Assembly: GCF_963921235.1 (NCBI RefSeq)
Contig: NC_086097.1
Span: 168,766,001 to 168,830,000, forward strand
Reading direction: 5' to 3'
DNA: 64,000 nt
From: Mobula hypostoma
Taxonomy: Eukaryota
The position numbers were made by a program, and so were the translations under genes. Position 1 is the first letter of the stretch. Each line of letters opens with the position of its first letter. This document shows, one piece after another, positions 1-11,800 of the stretch. The notes beneath the pieces were generated by a model. It was not told the origin of the DNA and made no database searches. It saw only the letters and a program-made list of their open reading frames with translations.

Positions 1-510
1 GTTTTCCAAATGTTGATAAACCTTATTCCCCAGAATCCTCTCCGGTAACTTACCTGTCTCTGACTCACCAGTCTATAAATTTAAGGATTATTTCTATTTT
101 CCATCTTGAATAAAGGGTCAACATTTTCTACTCACCAGTCCTACAGGACTTTGCCTGTGGCCAGAGAGGACATAAAGATAATGGTCGAGAGTCTAGCAAT
201 CTCATCTTCTGCTTCTCTCAGTAAGCTGGAGTATATCTCATCAGTCACTGGGGAATTATCCATTTTAAATGTTCTTAAGGGACCCAACATTACTTCCTTC
301 ACTAGCTTGAAGTGCCATAGCAAGTTAGTATGCTCCACACTGATCTCCCTAACCTCCATGTTATTTTCCTTGGTAAATACTGATTCAAAATACTTATTCA
401 GAACTTCATGCACACCCTTTGCCTCCGAGCACAAGTTCCCATCTTTAACCTTGAGTGGTTCTAGCTGATTCCCAGTATCTTCTTGCTCTTGATACATGAA
501 AGGAATGCCT
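1..510 (-). mobile_element. Degraded CR1-type LINE ORF2 fragment
   Basis: ORF 141..497 has LNKYFESVFTKE...SPVTDEIYSSLLREA...IIFMSSLATG, typical of the pre-RT region of CR1 ORF2. Frameshifted. Confidence 0.75.
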
Positions 511-871
511 TGGAATTAGACCATAAGATATAGGAGCAGAAATAGGCCATTCAGCCCATCGAGTCTACTCCGCAAATTCTCTTTAATCCCACTTGGCAAA
601 GACATTTCAAGACCAACCTGTTCCACCTCAACCCCACCCCCAACCTCTCAGTTTTCCTAATTTCCTTCACAACATAATTGCTGAATAACTTAAATTCAAA
701 TAATTAAATAAATCTGAAATTAAAAAAGTAAATTGATATGGGCACCAAGAAACTCACGGTCATAAAAAAAAACTATTTGATATACTCATGTCCTTCCTTT
801 CCCAGCTGTTTCACTGTGACTTCAGGTCAGTTAATGGTTTACTCTTGAGAAACGAGAAAGCAAGTTATCTA

Positions 872-2306
872 GCGAAGATCTGCAGATGCTGGAAATCCGA
901 GCAACACACACACAAAATGCTGGAGGAACTCAGTAGGCCAGCAGCAACTATGGAAAAGCACACAGTCGACATTTCAGGCCAAAACCTTTCAACAGGACTG
1001 CAGGAAAAATGCTGAGGAACAGATTTAACAGGTGGGGGGGAAGGGGGGAGAGAATCACAAGGTGGTTAGTGAAACCTGGAGGGGGAGGGATGAGGTAAAG
1101 AGCTGGGAAGTTGACTGGTGAAAGAGAGGGGAAAGGGGATGGGAATGGGAAATGGTGAAGTGGGGGGGCATTACTGGAAGTTTGAGAAATTGATGTTCAT
1201 GCCATCAGGTTGTAAGCTACCCAAGCAGAATACAAGGCGTTGTTCCTCCAACCTAAATGTGGCCTCATCACAACAGTGGAGGCGGCTATGGATTGACATA
1301 TCGGAATGGGAATGGGAAGTGGAATTAAAATGGGTGCCCCATGCAAGATTCCACTTTTTCTGGCGGACAGAGGGTAGGTGCTTGGCAAAGTGGTCTCCCA
1401 GTTCCCAATCTACACCAGGTCGCACCAATATACAGGAGGCCACACCACGAGCACTGAACAAAGTATGTGACCCCAACAGACTCACAGGTAGTGAGGGAGG
1501 AGGTGCAGGGGCAAGTGTAGCACATGCTCCACTTGCAAAGATAAGTGCCAGGAAAGAGATCAGTGGGGAGGGACAATCGGACAAGGGAGTTGCAGAGGGA
1601 GCAATATCTGTGGAAAGCAGAAAGGGGGGAGGGGAGGGAAAGATGTGCTAGGTGGTGGAATCCCATTGGAGGTGGAGGAAGTTTCAGAGAATTATGTGCT
1701 GGATGTGGAGGCTGATGGGGTGACAGATGAGGACAAGAGGAACCCTATCCCTGGTAGGGTGATGGGAGGATGGGGCAAGCGCAGACGTGCATGAAATGGA
1801 AGAGATGCGGTTGAGGGCAGCGTTGTGGTGGAGGAAGGGAAGCCCCTTTCTTTGAAAAGGGAGGACTTTCCTTCATTCTAGAATGAAAAGCCTCATCCTG
1901 AGAGCAGAGGTGGCAGAGACGGAGGTACTGAGAGGAGAAGGGAATGGTGTTTTTACAAGTAGCAGGGTGGGATGAGATATAGTCCAGGTAGCTGTGAGAG
2001 TCTGTGGGTTTATAATAGACATCGGTGGACAAGCTGTGTCTGGAGATAGAGATAGTGAGATCGAGAAAGGGGAGGGAGGTGTCAGAAATGGACCAGGTAA
2101 ATTTGACAACAGGGTGGAAGTTGGTAGAAAAGTGGATGAAATCGACGAGCGGATGCAGGGAGCAACACCAATGTAGTCGTCGATGTAGCATAGGAAAAAA
2201 GTGTGGGACAGTCACCAGTGTGGGCTTGGGAAACAGACTGATCCACGTAGCCGATGAACAGGCAGGCATAGCTGGGCCCCATGTGACTACCCATGGCTAC
2301 ACCTTT
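872..2306 (-). mobile_element. Penelope-like element (RT + GIY-YIG endonuclease), 5'-truncated and frameshifted
   Basis: MGSHMGPSYACLF, KFTWSISDTSLPFLDL, VYYKPTDSHSYLDY (PLE RT); VTYFVQCSWCGLLYIGAT and RLEEQRLVFCLGSLQPDGMN (GIY-YIG). The 3' tail has a hammerhead-like motif at 963-1000. Confidence 0.88.
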
Positions 2307-2648
2307 TAGATAAGCAAATCATCTATCAAGATACAGATGCCTGGAAGTTGGTTTGTAGTAATTCAACCAAGTGAGTTAACAGCTGTTAATAAACAAGGCT
2401 TCTTTAAACAGCTATAATAGAATTCCAATGGATGATCACTGAGCTATTATAAACAGGACAGCAAGCTTCACATCTTCAAATTGCAACGGCTTTGCTATAG
2501 TCTAATCTATTCCCACTTTACTAATGAGTGAATTAGTGCATAAAATCTTAACTTGCTTCCATATTTGGTCAACATGAAAGACTTTTAACAGTGTATTTTA
2601 CACCAAGGAACAAAATCACTTTCGAGATGCCCATGTATAGATTTTTAC

Positions 2649-2866
2649 CTTAAGCATGTTGCAAAAGCTCTCCTGGGATTTCGATGCACAAAGTGAATTG
2701 GGAAACCTTTGAAAGTATGTCCATCAGGCACTGCTCGCTTGATAGCATCTTGGAACTCTTCATTGCCTGCAGACACTCCTGTAGTACGCTCAATCTCATA
2801 TGCGGCAAGTGCAGGCGATAGCAAATAAGACAGATTGTCATCCCACACAGTGTTCAGACCAAGGTC
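2649..2866 (-). CDS. CEP76: CEP76 exon 11 ([20 protein letters not shown]...RRAFATCL)
   Basis: 218 nt, CAACAG acceptor, GTAAAA donor. Inside ORF 2645..2902. Confidence 0.97.
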
Positions 2867-5800
2867 CTGTTGAGGTAGAATCAGTACAACAAAGACTACC
2901 AATGAAAATAAATGACAAGTGGCAGCAATCCAATTATTGATTAAAATTTCAGGTCTCTTATCAGCTTGATAATTTGTTGATAATTAAACTAGATGTCATT
3001 AAAAGTTTGACATTATCTCAGCAGTACTGCCAAAGAACACTGATGTTTAAAAGAACATCACTAATGTAACATTCAGGGAAAGGTTTCACTAATAATTAGG
3101 TATATTATTCAAGTAATGATTTACTTGAATGATTTTTGGTTGTTATTACATATTATACTGCTGCTAATCTTGCAAACCTAATGTTAAGTCTTATTTATTT
3201 AGGGCAGGATTAGAGAAATTTTAAGTCCACACAAGTGGATTTTTTTCTGGCTATTCCAAATTAATATTTTGCTTCCAACATGAAATTAAAATTAAATTCA
3301 TTTAACTTTCCAGACAATATTCTGATTACTCAACTAAAAATGAAACTAGTATTCTGCTTTATAGGGATTTTAAAACTTCTGTGGCAAATTTAACTAAATT
3401 CCTCAGGCAAGAAACCCTTAAAACCTGTATTGTAATATATTAAAATAATTGTTACATATATGTCACAAATATAAGTAATTCTTTTTGAAAGAGAAAATAG
3501 TGTGGAGGAGAATGCAAGAATTGGAACCAGTCCATTCAGCCCTTTGTATCTGTACTATCATTTTCATAAGCTGATCCTTCTATCTCCTTTCCTGCACGAA
3601 CAAGGTTCCCTTATTATCTATTATCAACTGATTTCTGACTTAAATGAATTTAACAATTGAACCTCCATTAGTCGTCTTGGATAAAAACAAATTCAAAAAT
3701 TCATTATCCATCTGGAAAAGAATTTTTCCCCACCTACTTTGAACTGCTAACACCTTATTCTGAGACTTGGCTCAAGAGACCCCAGCTAGGAACAACATCT
3801 AGCCAATTAAGAAATTATATACAGTATGTTTCCAACTCTCATTCTTCCAATCTGGTCTGCTCACTTCTTCATCACAGCAATCTATCTAGCGAACCTTTGT
3901 TGCACTTCCTCATTCACAAGAATATTCTTCATGTGTAGACAATACCTATACAGAACTTTTTCCTGAGCGCTGTCTTCCCACAATCCTATATAATTCCAGT
4001 AAAATGTCTTTATTCTTCCTCTCAAATCCTATGGAACTAAAGATCGTTACACCATTTGTCTTCCTAATTGCTTGCTGTTTTATATTGTTTCAAAAACAAA
4101 ACATTGAATCACAGTGGATTTAATTTGCTTTTTTTGCCACCGGTCAACAGAAAAGAACTTTCTTGTCAAAGTGAAAACCGATCTCTACAAAGTGATCTAA
4201 ATTAGTTTCAAATATAAAACACAAAATAATTGATTACACAAGTATCACCCACTTTAATGACACACCAAATTATAACTGGTGCAGTCATTTGGTTTTAGAA
4301 GACACATAATTAGTTAAATGGAGATCACCATGTGCAGTCAAGGTGTTTCAATTGATTGTAGTAAGAATACACCTGTACAGTATCTGAATGGTCCAACTGC
4401 TGGTGAGTCAGTGTCCTGGCAAAAACCACACCATGAAGACAAAAGAACACCCTAAGCAACTCTGCGAAAAAGTTGTTGAAAAGCACAAGTCAGGAGATGG
4501 ATACTAGAAAATTTCCAAGTCACAGAATATCACTTGGAGTACAGTTAAGTCAATCATCAAGAAATAGAAAGAATATGTAAAGCTGTAAATCTGCCTTGAG
4601 CAGGCTGTCCTCAAAAACAGAGTGACTATGCAAGAAGCGGACTAGTGAGGGAGGCCACCAAGAGACCCATGCCAACTCTGGAGGAGTCACAAGCTTCAGT
4701 GACTGAGGTGGGAGAGACCTTGCATACAGCTGTTGACCAGGTGCTTCACCAGCCGCAGCTTTATGGGAGAGTGGCAAAGACAAAGTCACTGCTGAAAAAA
4801 AACTGACATAAAATCTCAGCTAGAGTTTGCTAGAAGGCATGTGGGAGTCTTTGAAGTCAGCTGGAAAAAGGTACTACGGTCTGATGAAACAAAAATTGAG
4901 TTTTCGGCCATTAGACTAAATGCTGTGTTTGGTGTAAGCAAAACACTGCATGCCATCAACAATGCACCATCCCTATCGTGAAGAAAGGTGGTGGCTGCAT
5001 TATGCTGTAGGGATGCTTCACTGCAACAGACCCCAGAAGGCTTGTGAAGGTAGAGGGTAAAATGAATGCAGCAAAATCCTGGAGGAAAACCTGATGCAGT
5101 CTGCATGAGAACTGCAACCTGAGAGAAGATTTGATTTCCAGCAAGACGATGACCCCAAGCATAAAGTCAAAGCTACAAAGCAATTGCTTAAAAACAACAA
5201 AGTCCTGGAGTGGCCAAGTCAGAGTCCAGACGTCAATCCAATTGAGAATTTCTGGTTGGACTTGAAAAGGGCCATTCATTCACAATCCCCATACAATTTG
5301 ATAGAGCTTGAGCAGTTTTGTAAAGAAGAATGAAGAAGGATTGCATTGTCCAGATGTGCAAAGCTGATATAGGCACCTATCCACACAGACTCAAGGCTCT
5401 AATTGCTGCCAAAGGTGCATCAACTAAATAGTGACTTGAAGGGGGTGAATAGTTATGCAATCAAATATTTTACGTTTTATACTTGTAACTAATTTAGATC
5501 ACTTTGTAGAAATCTGTTTTCACTTTGACATGAAAGAGCCTTTTACTGTTGATCAGTGTCAAAAAAGTCAGATTAAATCCACTGTGATTCAATGTTGTAA
5601 AACCATAAAACATGAAAATGTTCAGGGGGAGGTGAATACTTTTTATAGGCCACACACATACACACACTCTAAGACAGGGGTCCCCAAGCTTTTTTGCTCT
5701 GCAGACCGGTTTAATATAGTATTGACAATATTCTTGCAGACCAGCCGACCCGGCGGGGGGGGGGGGGTTGTTCAAGTAGGGTTAAACTCACCTCAACATG

Positions 5801-8800
5801 TCTTTTACAGTTAGGGTTTCCAACTTTCTCCCTCCCAAATAAGGAACAAAAGTAGCAGTCAAATCCTGACGAAGGGTCCCGGCCCGAAACGTTGACTGTA
5901 CCTCTTCCTATAGATGCTGCCTGGCCTGCTGCGTTCACCAGCATTTTTTGTGTGTGTTGACGAGACACTTGTGTTTACCCCGAGAAAGACTACCATAACC
6001 TCGAAGCCTTGCGCGGGCACCTGTGTGCGCATGCATGATGTTCGCATATGTGACGTGCACATGCGCATATGTGCCGATTTTTTTCCCATTAATTGGTTGT
6101 GCCTTAATCTTCTCAACTACACTGTACATACATTATTTCTACTTTATATAGGCTGTGTATTTATCATATCATTAATGCTTTTACTATATGTTAGAATTAT
6201 TTTAGGTTTTATGTGTTATTTGGTAGGTTATTTTTTGGGTCTGGGAACACTCAAAAATTTTTCCCATATAAATTAATGGTAATTGCTTCTCACTTTATGC
6301 CATTTCCGGATGAAAGGTTTCATAGGAACGCTCTACCTTAGCGGGGGAAATACAGGACAAGGGCGGTCCCGTATGGGACAAACCAATTTAGCCCAATATA
6401 CAGGATGTCCCAGCAAATACAGGACAGTTGGCAACCCCATATTCAAGTTCAACAGTGTGTGACAGGGAATGAGGAAAGGTGCAGCTGACTCGTATCATTT
6501 CCTCGCGGCCTGGTAGCACATGCTTTGCAGCCTGGTACCGGTCCGCAGCCCAGTGGTTGGGGACCGCTGCTCTAAGAGATACTTAACTGAGTAAAAGGTA
6601 TCAAAAAAAAAAGGGAACTATCTTTGCCTAACCTCTTTCAGTTCCCTTGGATTGTTCCCATGGGCTGCAAAAAGGCTAAAGTGATGACAAAGGGAAATGA
6701 GAAATAACAGACATTTTAGTTGACAGGAAAGTTGCCTGTAAGGTATAATCAAAAAACAAACTTATCTACGTGGATAGATATATTGATAGAGCTTTCCAAA
6801 TTGAATTCTGGAAAAGGCGACCATACTGACTTTGTTTTAAACTAAACTATCAGGATAGCAAACATAGGTAAACAATTAGGTCAAAAGCAACAGGGATACT
6901 TTAATGAGATAATTTGGAGGATGGGAGGACGCAAGAGGAAGACAAATTGGTCTGCTTCAGCATTGTACATACTGTGTAATATATGCACAAGGAGTTATTT
7001 ATTACAATAGTCCTCTGTAATTAGAGGTCATTCTAGACTGGATAAGAAATTTGCAACATCAATGACATAGGTTGTGAATGCAGCCTTACAGTAGTACACA
7101 GGGATTTATCAATTATCAATGTGAATGCATTGGAGAAACTGCTCACAAATATATAACTGATTAAAAAAGACGTGAGTGAAAATACCTTAAACAAGAAAGC
7201 TCGGCTCTTGGTAAAACTTATGCATTTGGACGGCATCTGACAGTTACTTATTTTCAATAAATGTAGGAGAAATATAGCAGAAAGTCTGTGCTATCAGAGA
7301 TTTTATCATGTAAAATCTCTAGCCTTCTTGTACTAACTACAGCCCTTCAGGCTGGATAGCCTAGCTTGCCCTTTTTCACATGGTAGCACACAGAGATACC
7401 TCATCCACTGGTGATCCAAATTACGGAAACTTTCCATTGGAGTTCCAAGAAAATAGTGAGGCTAGGACTGGTTTCAGGGTTGATTCTCATGTCAGGGTAT
7501 CAAATTATATGCTGAAATGTTTGTATTGTACAGTATTCATCTATTAAATACAGGAGACAGAATACAAAATTTCCATCCTCTTTAAATAAACTATAAAAGA
7601 ACGTCATTCAATTATATGTTGTATTTAAATAGGGCAGAAATACAGTCACATTACTGAAGATCTCAAAATACCATTATGCTTGTTTATTTTCATACCTTCC
7701 TGTGTTCTGAAATCAGACCCCTCAAAGCCAATTCAATCTCATTGCTCGCAACTGCTGCATCAATCGTTGGAGCACACAAAGGTGGAAATGGTGGCAATGA
7801 AATAGACGATCCGGGAGCACACACAGATCTTATGGCCTCTGTACTCATGGGTTTCCACTGCGATTCATCATTTAGGTCAAAGTGGCACAGTTCAACTGTG
7901 TCAGATGGCTGACAATTTGCATAAAAGCTCTGGTGATTGAAGAGGCAGCCGATTGAGCAATATGGATACACCCTCTTTGGTTGCTCTACTAATGGTGGGT
8001 CATCAGGATTAACAGGCTGGTGAACATATCTGTATAAAAACAAAGCCAAAAATCAACTTTAAATATACAGGAATATAACAGTTTCCCAACAGCGTGTTTG
8101 TATTAAATGGATCAAACATTGATTTTAAAGTCAATTAAATCATGACTAAATACATCTAACACTTCTCTAAATTAAAATAGGAATTGTCTGTAACTAAGAT
8201 ACAGATTAATAGAATTCCTTAGACAATCAGTGCTTGATCTATTAACTACATTTAATCCTCTTAAAGCAGTTCAAGCAACACAAGTGCATTAAACTTAGAT
8301 AAAAAAGACATGGAATGTTAGGAGAATTGGCATGAATCAACAAATGGCAAGTATTGTTCAAAGCAAGTGATGACATGGGAAGGTGATGAAGTTTTGGGGT
8401 ACTCGGAGGTATGTGACAGGCCAGTCAATGTGGTTTCCTTAAGGGGAAATTTTACCTGACAAATCTGTTGGAATGCTTTGAGGAAATAACACCCAGGATA
8501 GACAAAGGGGAGTCAGTGGATATTGTTTATTTGGATTTTCAGAAGGCCTTTGGCAAGTGCTGCATATAAGGCTGGTTAACTAGATAGAAGTCCATGATGT
8601 TTCAGGACAGATTCTACCATGGATAGAAGATTGGTTGACTGGCAGGAGGCAAAGAGTGGGAATAAAGGAGGCCTTTATTCGTTGGCTGCCGGTGTTCCAC
8701 AGGGGTTAATGTTGGGACCATTTCTTTTCACATTACATGTCAGCGCTTTAGATAACATAATTGATAGCTTTGTGGCCAAGTCTGAAGACAATACAGAGGT

Positions 8801-11800
8801 AGGTGGAGGGGCAGGAAGTATTGAGGAAGCAGAAAGTCCGCAGAAGGATTTAGATTGGGAGAATGGACAAAGAAGAGGGAGATGGAATACAGTATAGGGA
8901 AGTGTATGGTCATGTAGTTTGGTAGAAGGAATAAAGGCACAGACTATTTTCTAAACAGGGAGAAAAATTTAAAAAAAAGGCGGTGTAAAGGAATTTGGGC
9001 GTCCTCGTGCAGGATTACCTGAACATTAACCTGTCGGTTCAGACAGTATTTAAGGAAAGTAGGAGACTTCCGGTAGCGCTCATGGAGTGAAGTCGCGTTC
9101 TTGACTCGCTCCATTACCTCTGAGTTTTTTTTCTCTATGGTCAGCTATACTTTTATTAACCATTAAGGCATCAATTCTTACAATACTTTGAATTAAACTG
9201 AATTCTCCGACAATTGGATGATACTTAGATCTGCTATGTCTAAGAACGGGAAAAACGGCAAGGATGGTAAACCTCCGGTTAAACCGAAAGCTACGGATCT
9301 CCCCCCGACTGAATCACCGGTGACTTTGAAAGCTATATCGGAGTTAATTCAGAGGGAAATTTCAACCTCTGTTAGGGAGATGATTCGTACGGAAATTGCA
9401 GGCCCTGTTAAAGACCTGATTCATACGGAAATCTCAACTAATCTCCAGAAAATTACCGATTCAATTGATAAGATGCAAACATTTATTGCGGAACATCAGT
9501 CGGCTATATCTGATCTTCAAAAATTCGCGCAACAAAGTGAGCTTAAGATGGGGAAAATCGAAGAAACAATTAATGTAATGAAGAAGAAACTTGACTTTTT
9601 GACTTTTAAAAAGTCTGACTTGGAATCTAGAATGCGACGGCAGAATTTACGAATGATCGGGGTAAGGGAAGCTGTGGAATCTAACAACCCCATGAAATAT
9701 TTTTCTCAACTTTTAAAAGATGCATTCCCTACTGTATTTCCTGACCAACCACCGCTTCTGGATCGTGTTCACAGAATCCCATCATACTCGTCTAGGTCAG
9801 ATAGACCTAGGCATGTTATCTTACGTTTTCATTACTTTCAAGACAAGGAGAGACTGTTTCGATTCGCTCGATCTAAAGGTTTCATTGATTTTTCGGATCT
9901 TAAGTTCCGATTCGTGGAAGATTTCAGTAAACCAATCTGGGACCAGCGGGTTCGTTACAGATCCGTGATGTCGGAATTCTATAAGATGGACTTAAGACCA
10001 GCGCTGCTGTACCCTGCACGTCTAAGGATTCGCATGTCAGATGGAGCCCTTCGTTTTTTTGATTCTCCATCGGATGCCCAGAGTTATCTGGATCAACTTT
10101 CATCTTTAACATCTTAATTGCTTTTTTTTAATTATCTCCGTTGATCGGAGGCTGTGAATTGGTTGGTTTTAACTTTTTCGTGCCCTATTTGGGCAGAAAA
10201 GTTTATTTTTGATTTCTTAATATGGTTGCTAAACTTTCTTTTTAACTGCGTCATTTCTTTCTTTTCCCAGGGGATTCTGGGTGGTTACTTCCTTTTTGTC
10301 ATCTTACGTATTTCCTGTGTGGCCTTAAATTTTGTAGTTTTTTTTTAAATTTTATTCTGTTTTGCTTTTTATAACCACTTTATGTCAATAATCTTATTTT
10401 TTCTTGTTGCTGTGTCTATTCATGGGTTTGAGGTTTATTGTGGTTTTTTTTTAATATATATTTTCCGGCTTTTGTTCTGTTCTGTGTGTATTTTAATTGA
10501 GCTACCTTTTTTTTTACTTTTTTACTGTTTTACAATTAGCTGATCCTTTTCATATTTATACCTTTTTTTTAGGGAGCGTATACCGGAAGTCATGGGGGTA
10601 GTTTTAGCGCTTGCTTCTTTCTGGCGGGTCTGCTTTAGATTTTGCCTTCGGGTCTTGGGGCGGGGGTGGTGGGAGGGGCTTCACGTTTTAGTTTGTTTCT
10701 CTTTGGGCTATATACATTATTGAAGTACTGGTTGCGTCCTTTTTCCCGGTATCTTTTGTATGTTCTGTTTCCTCTCCGGGTTTGTGGGTCGCGCCTATCG
10801 TCAATCCTCCTTGTTGTGGGTTGACTTTAGGATTTATGGAGTCTATTATTAATTTTGTCTCCTGGAATACTAACGGTCTTAATCATCCTATTAAAAGGAA
10901 AAAAGTTTTTAAAGTGTTCCGGAGACTTAAAGCACAAATTTTATTTTTACAAGAGACCCATGTACGGAGGGGGGACAGACTACGTTTTTTCAAATTCTGG
11001 AAGGAACAACAATTTCATTCGAACTCCAATGCTAAGATCCGAGGCGTTTCTATTTTTATAGATTCCTCAGTTACTTTTATACAACAGGATATTATCTCTG
11101 ATCCGAATGGTAGATTTTTATTGGTTAGTGGTTTACTATTTAATAAAAAAGTAGTTTTGGTTAATGTTTATGCTCCTAATATGGATTGTCCGGAATTTTA
11201 TAAATCATTGTTTGATCAGTTTCCGAATTTGAATGAGTTTTCATTGATTTGGGGCGGAGATCTTAATACCTGTTTGTCTCCAGCTTTGGACCGTTCGGCT
11301 CCTTTACGGACTTTACCTAATAAATCTGCAAATCTGATTAATTTCTTCCTTTCTGATTCTGGGTCGATGGACATTTGGCATTTTCTGCATCCTCAGGAAA
11401 AAGATTTTTCCTTCTTTTCACATGTTCATCATTCCTATTCAAGAATTGATTATTTTTTCATTGATTCTCGTCTTATTCCTTCAGTGATTAAATGTGATTA
11501 TGATTCTATAACCATTTCGGATCATGCTCCACTTAAGCTTTCTATTAAAATTATGGCCAATATACCAAATAGACAATGGCGTTTTAATTCGCTGTTGCTT
11601 CAGGACTCGGACTTTGTTAATTTTATGAATGAACAGATTGGGCTTTTTTTTTTTACAATTAACCATACAGAAGATATTTCGGTTAACACTCTTTGGGACA
11701 CTTTTAAAGCCTATATTCGGGGTCAGATTATTTCGTATTCTGTTGCTTTGAGGAAGAAACAGAAGCAGGAGGAGATGGCAATTGTGGACAAGATTAAAGA

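Noticed and set aside
1118..1651. 177-aa plus-strand ORF and similar short ORFs across the window
   Set aside because: They are antisense or off-frame readings of transposon remnants, or random intronic ORFs with no recognisable motif.
5864..5900. Stand-alone active hammerhead ncRNA
   Set aside because: The core is intact but stem I is cut to 2 bp by truncation and there is no tandem partner, so it is not called as a functional RNA gene.
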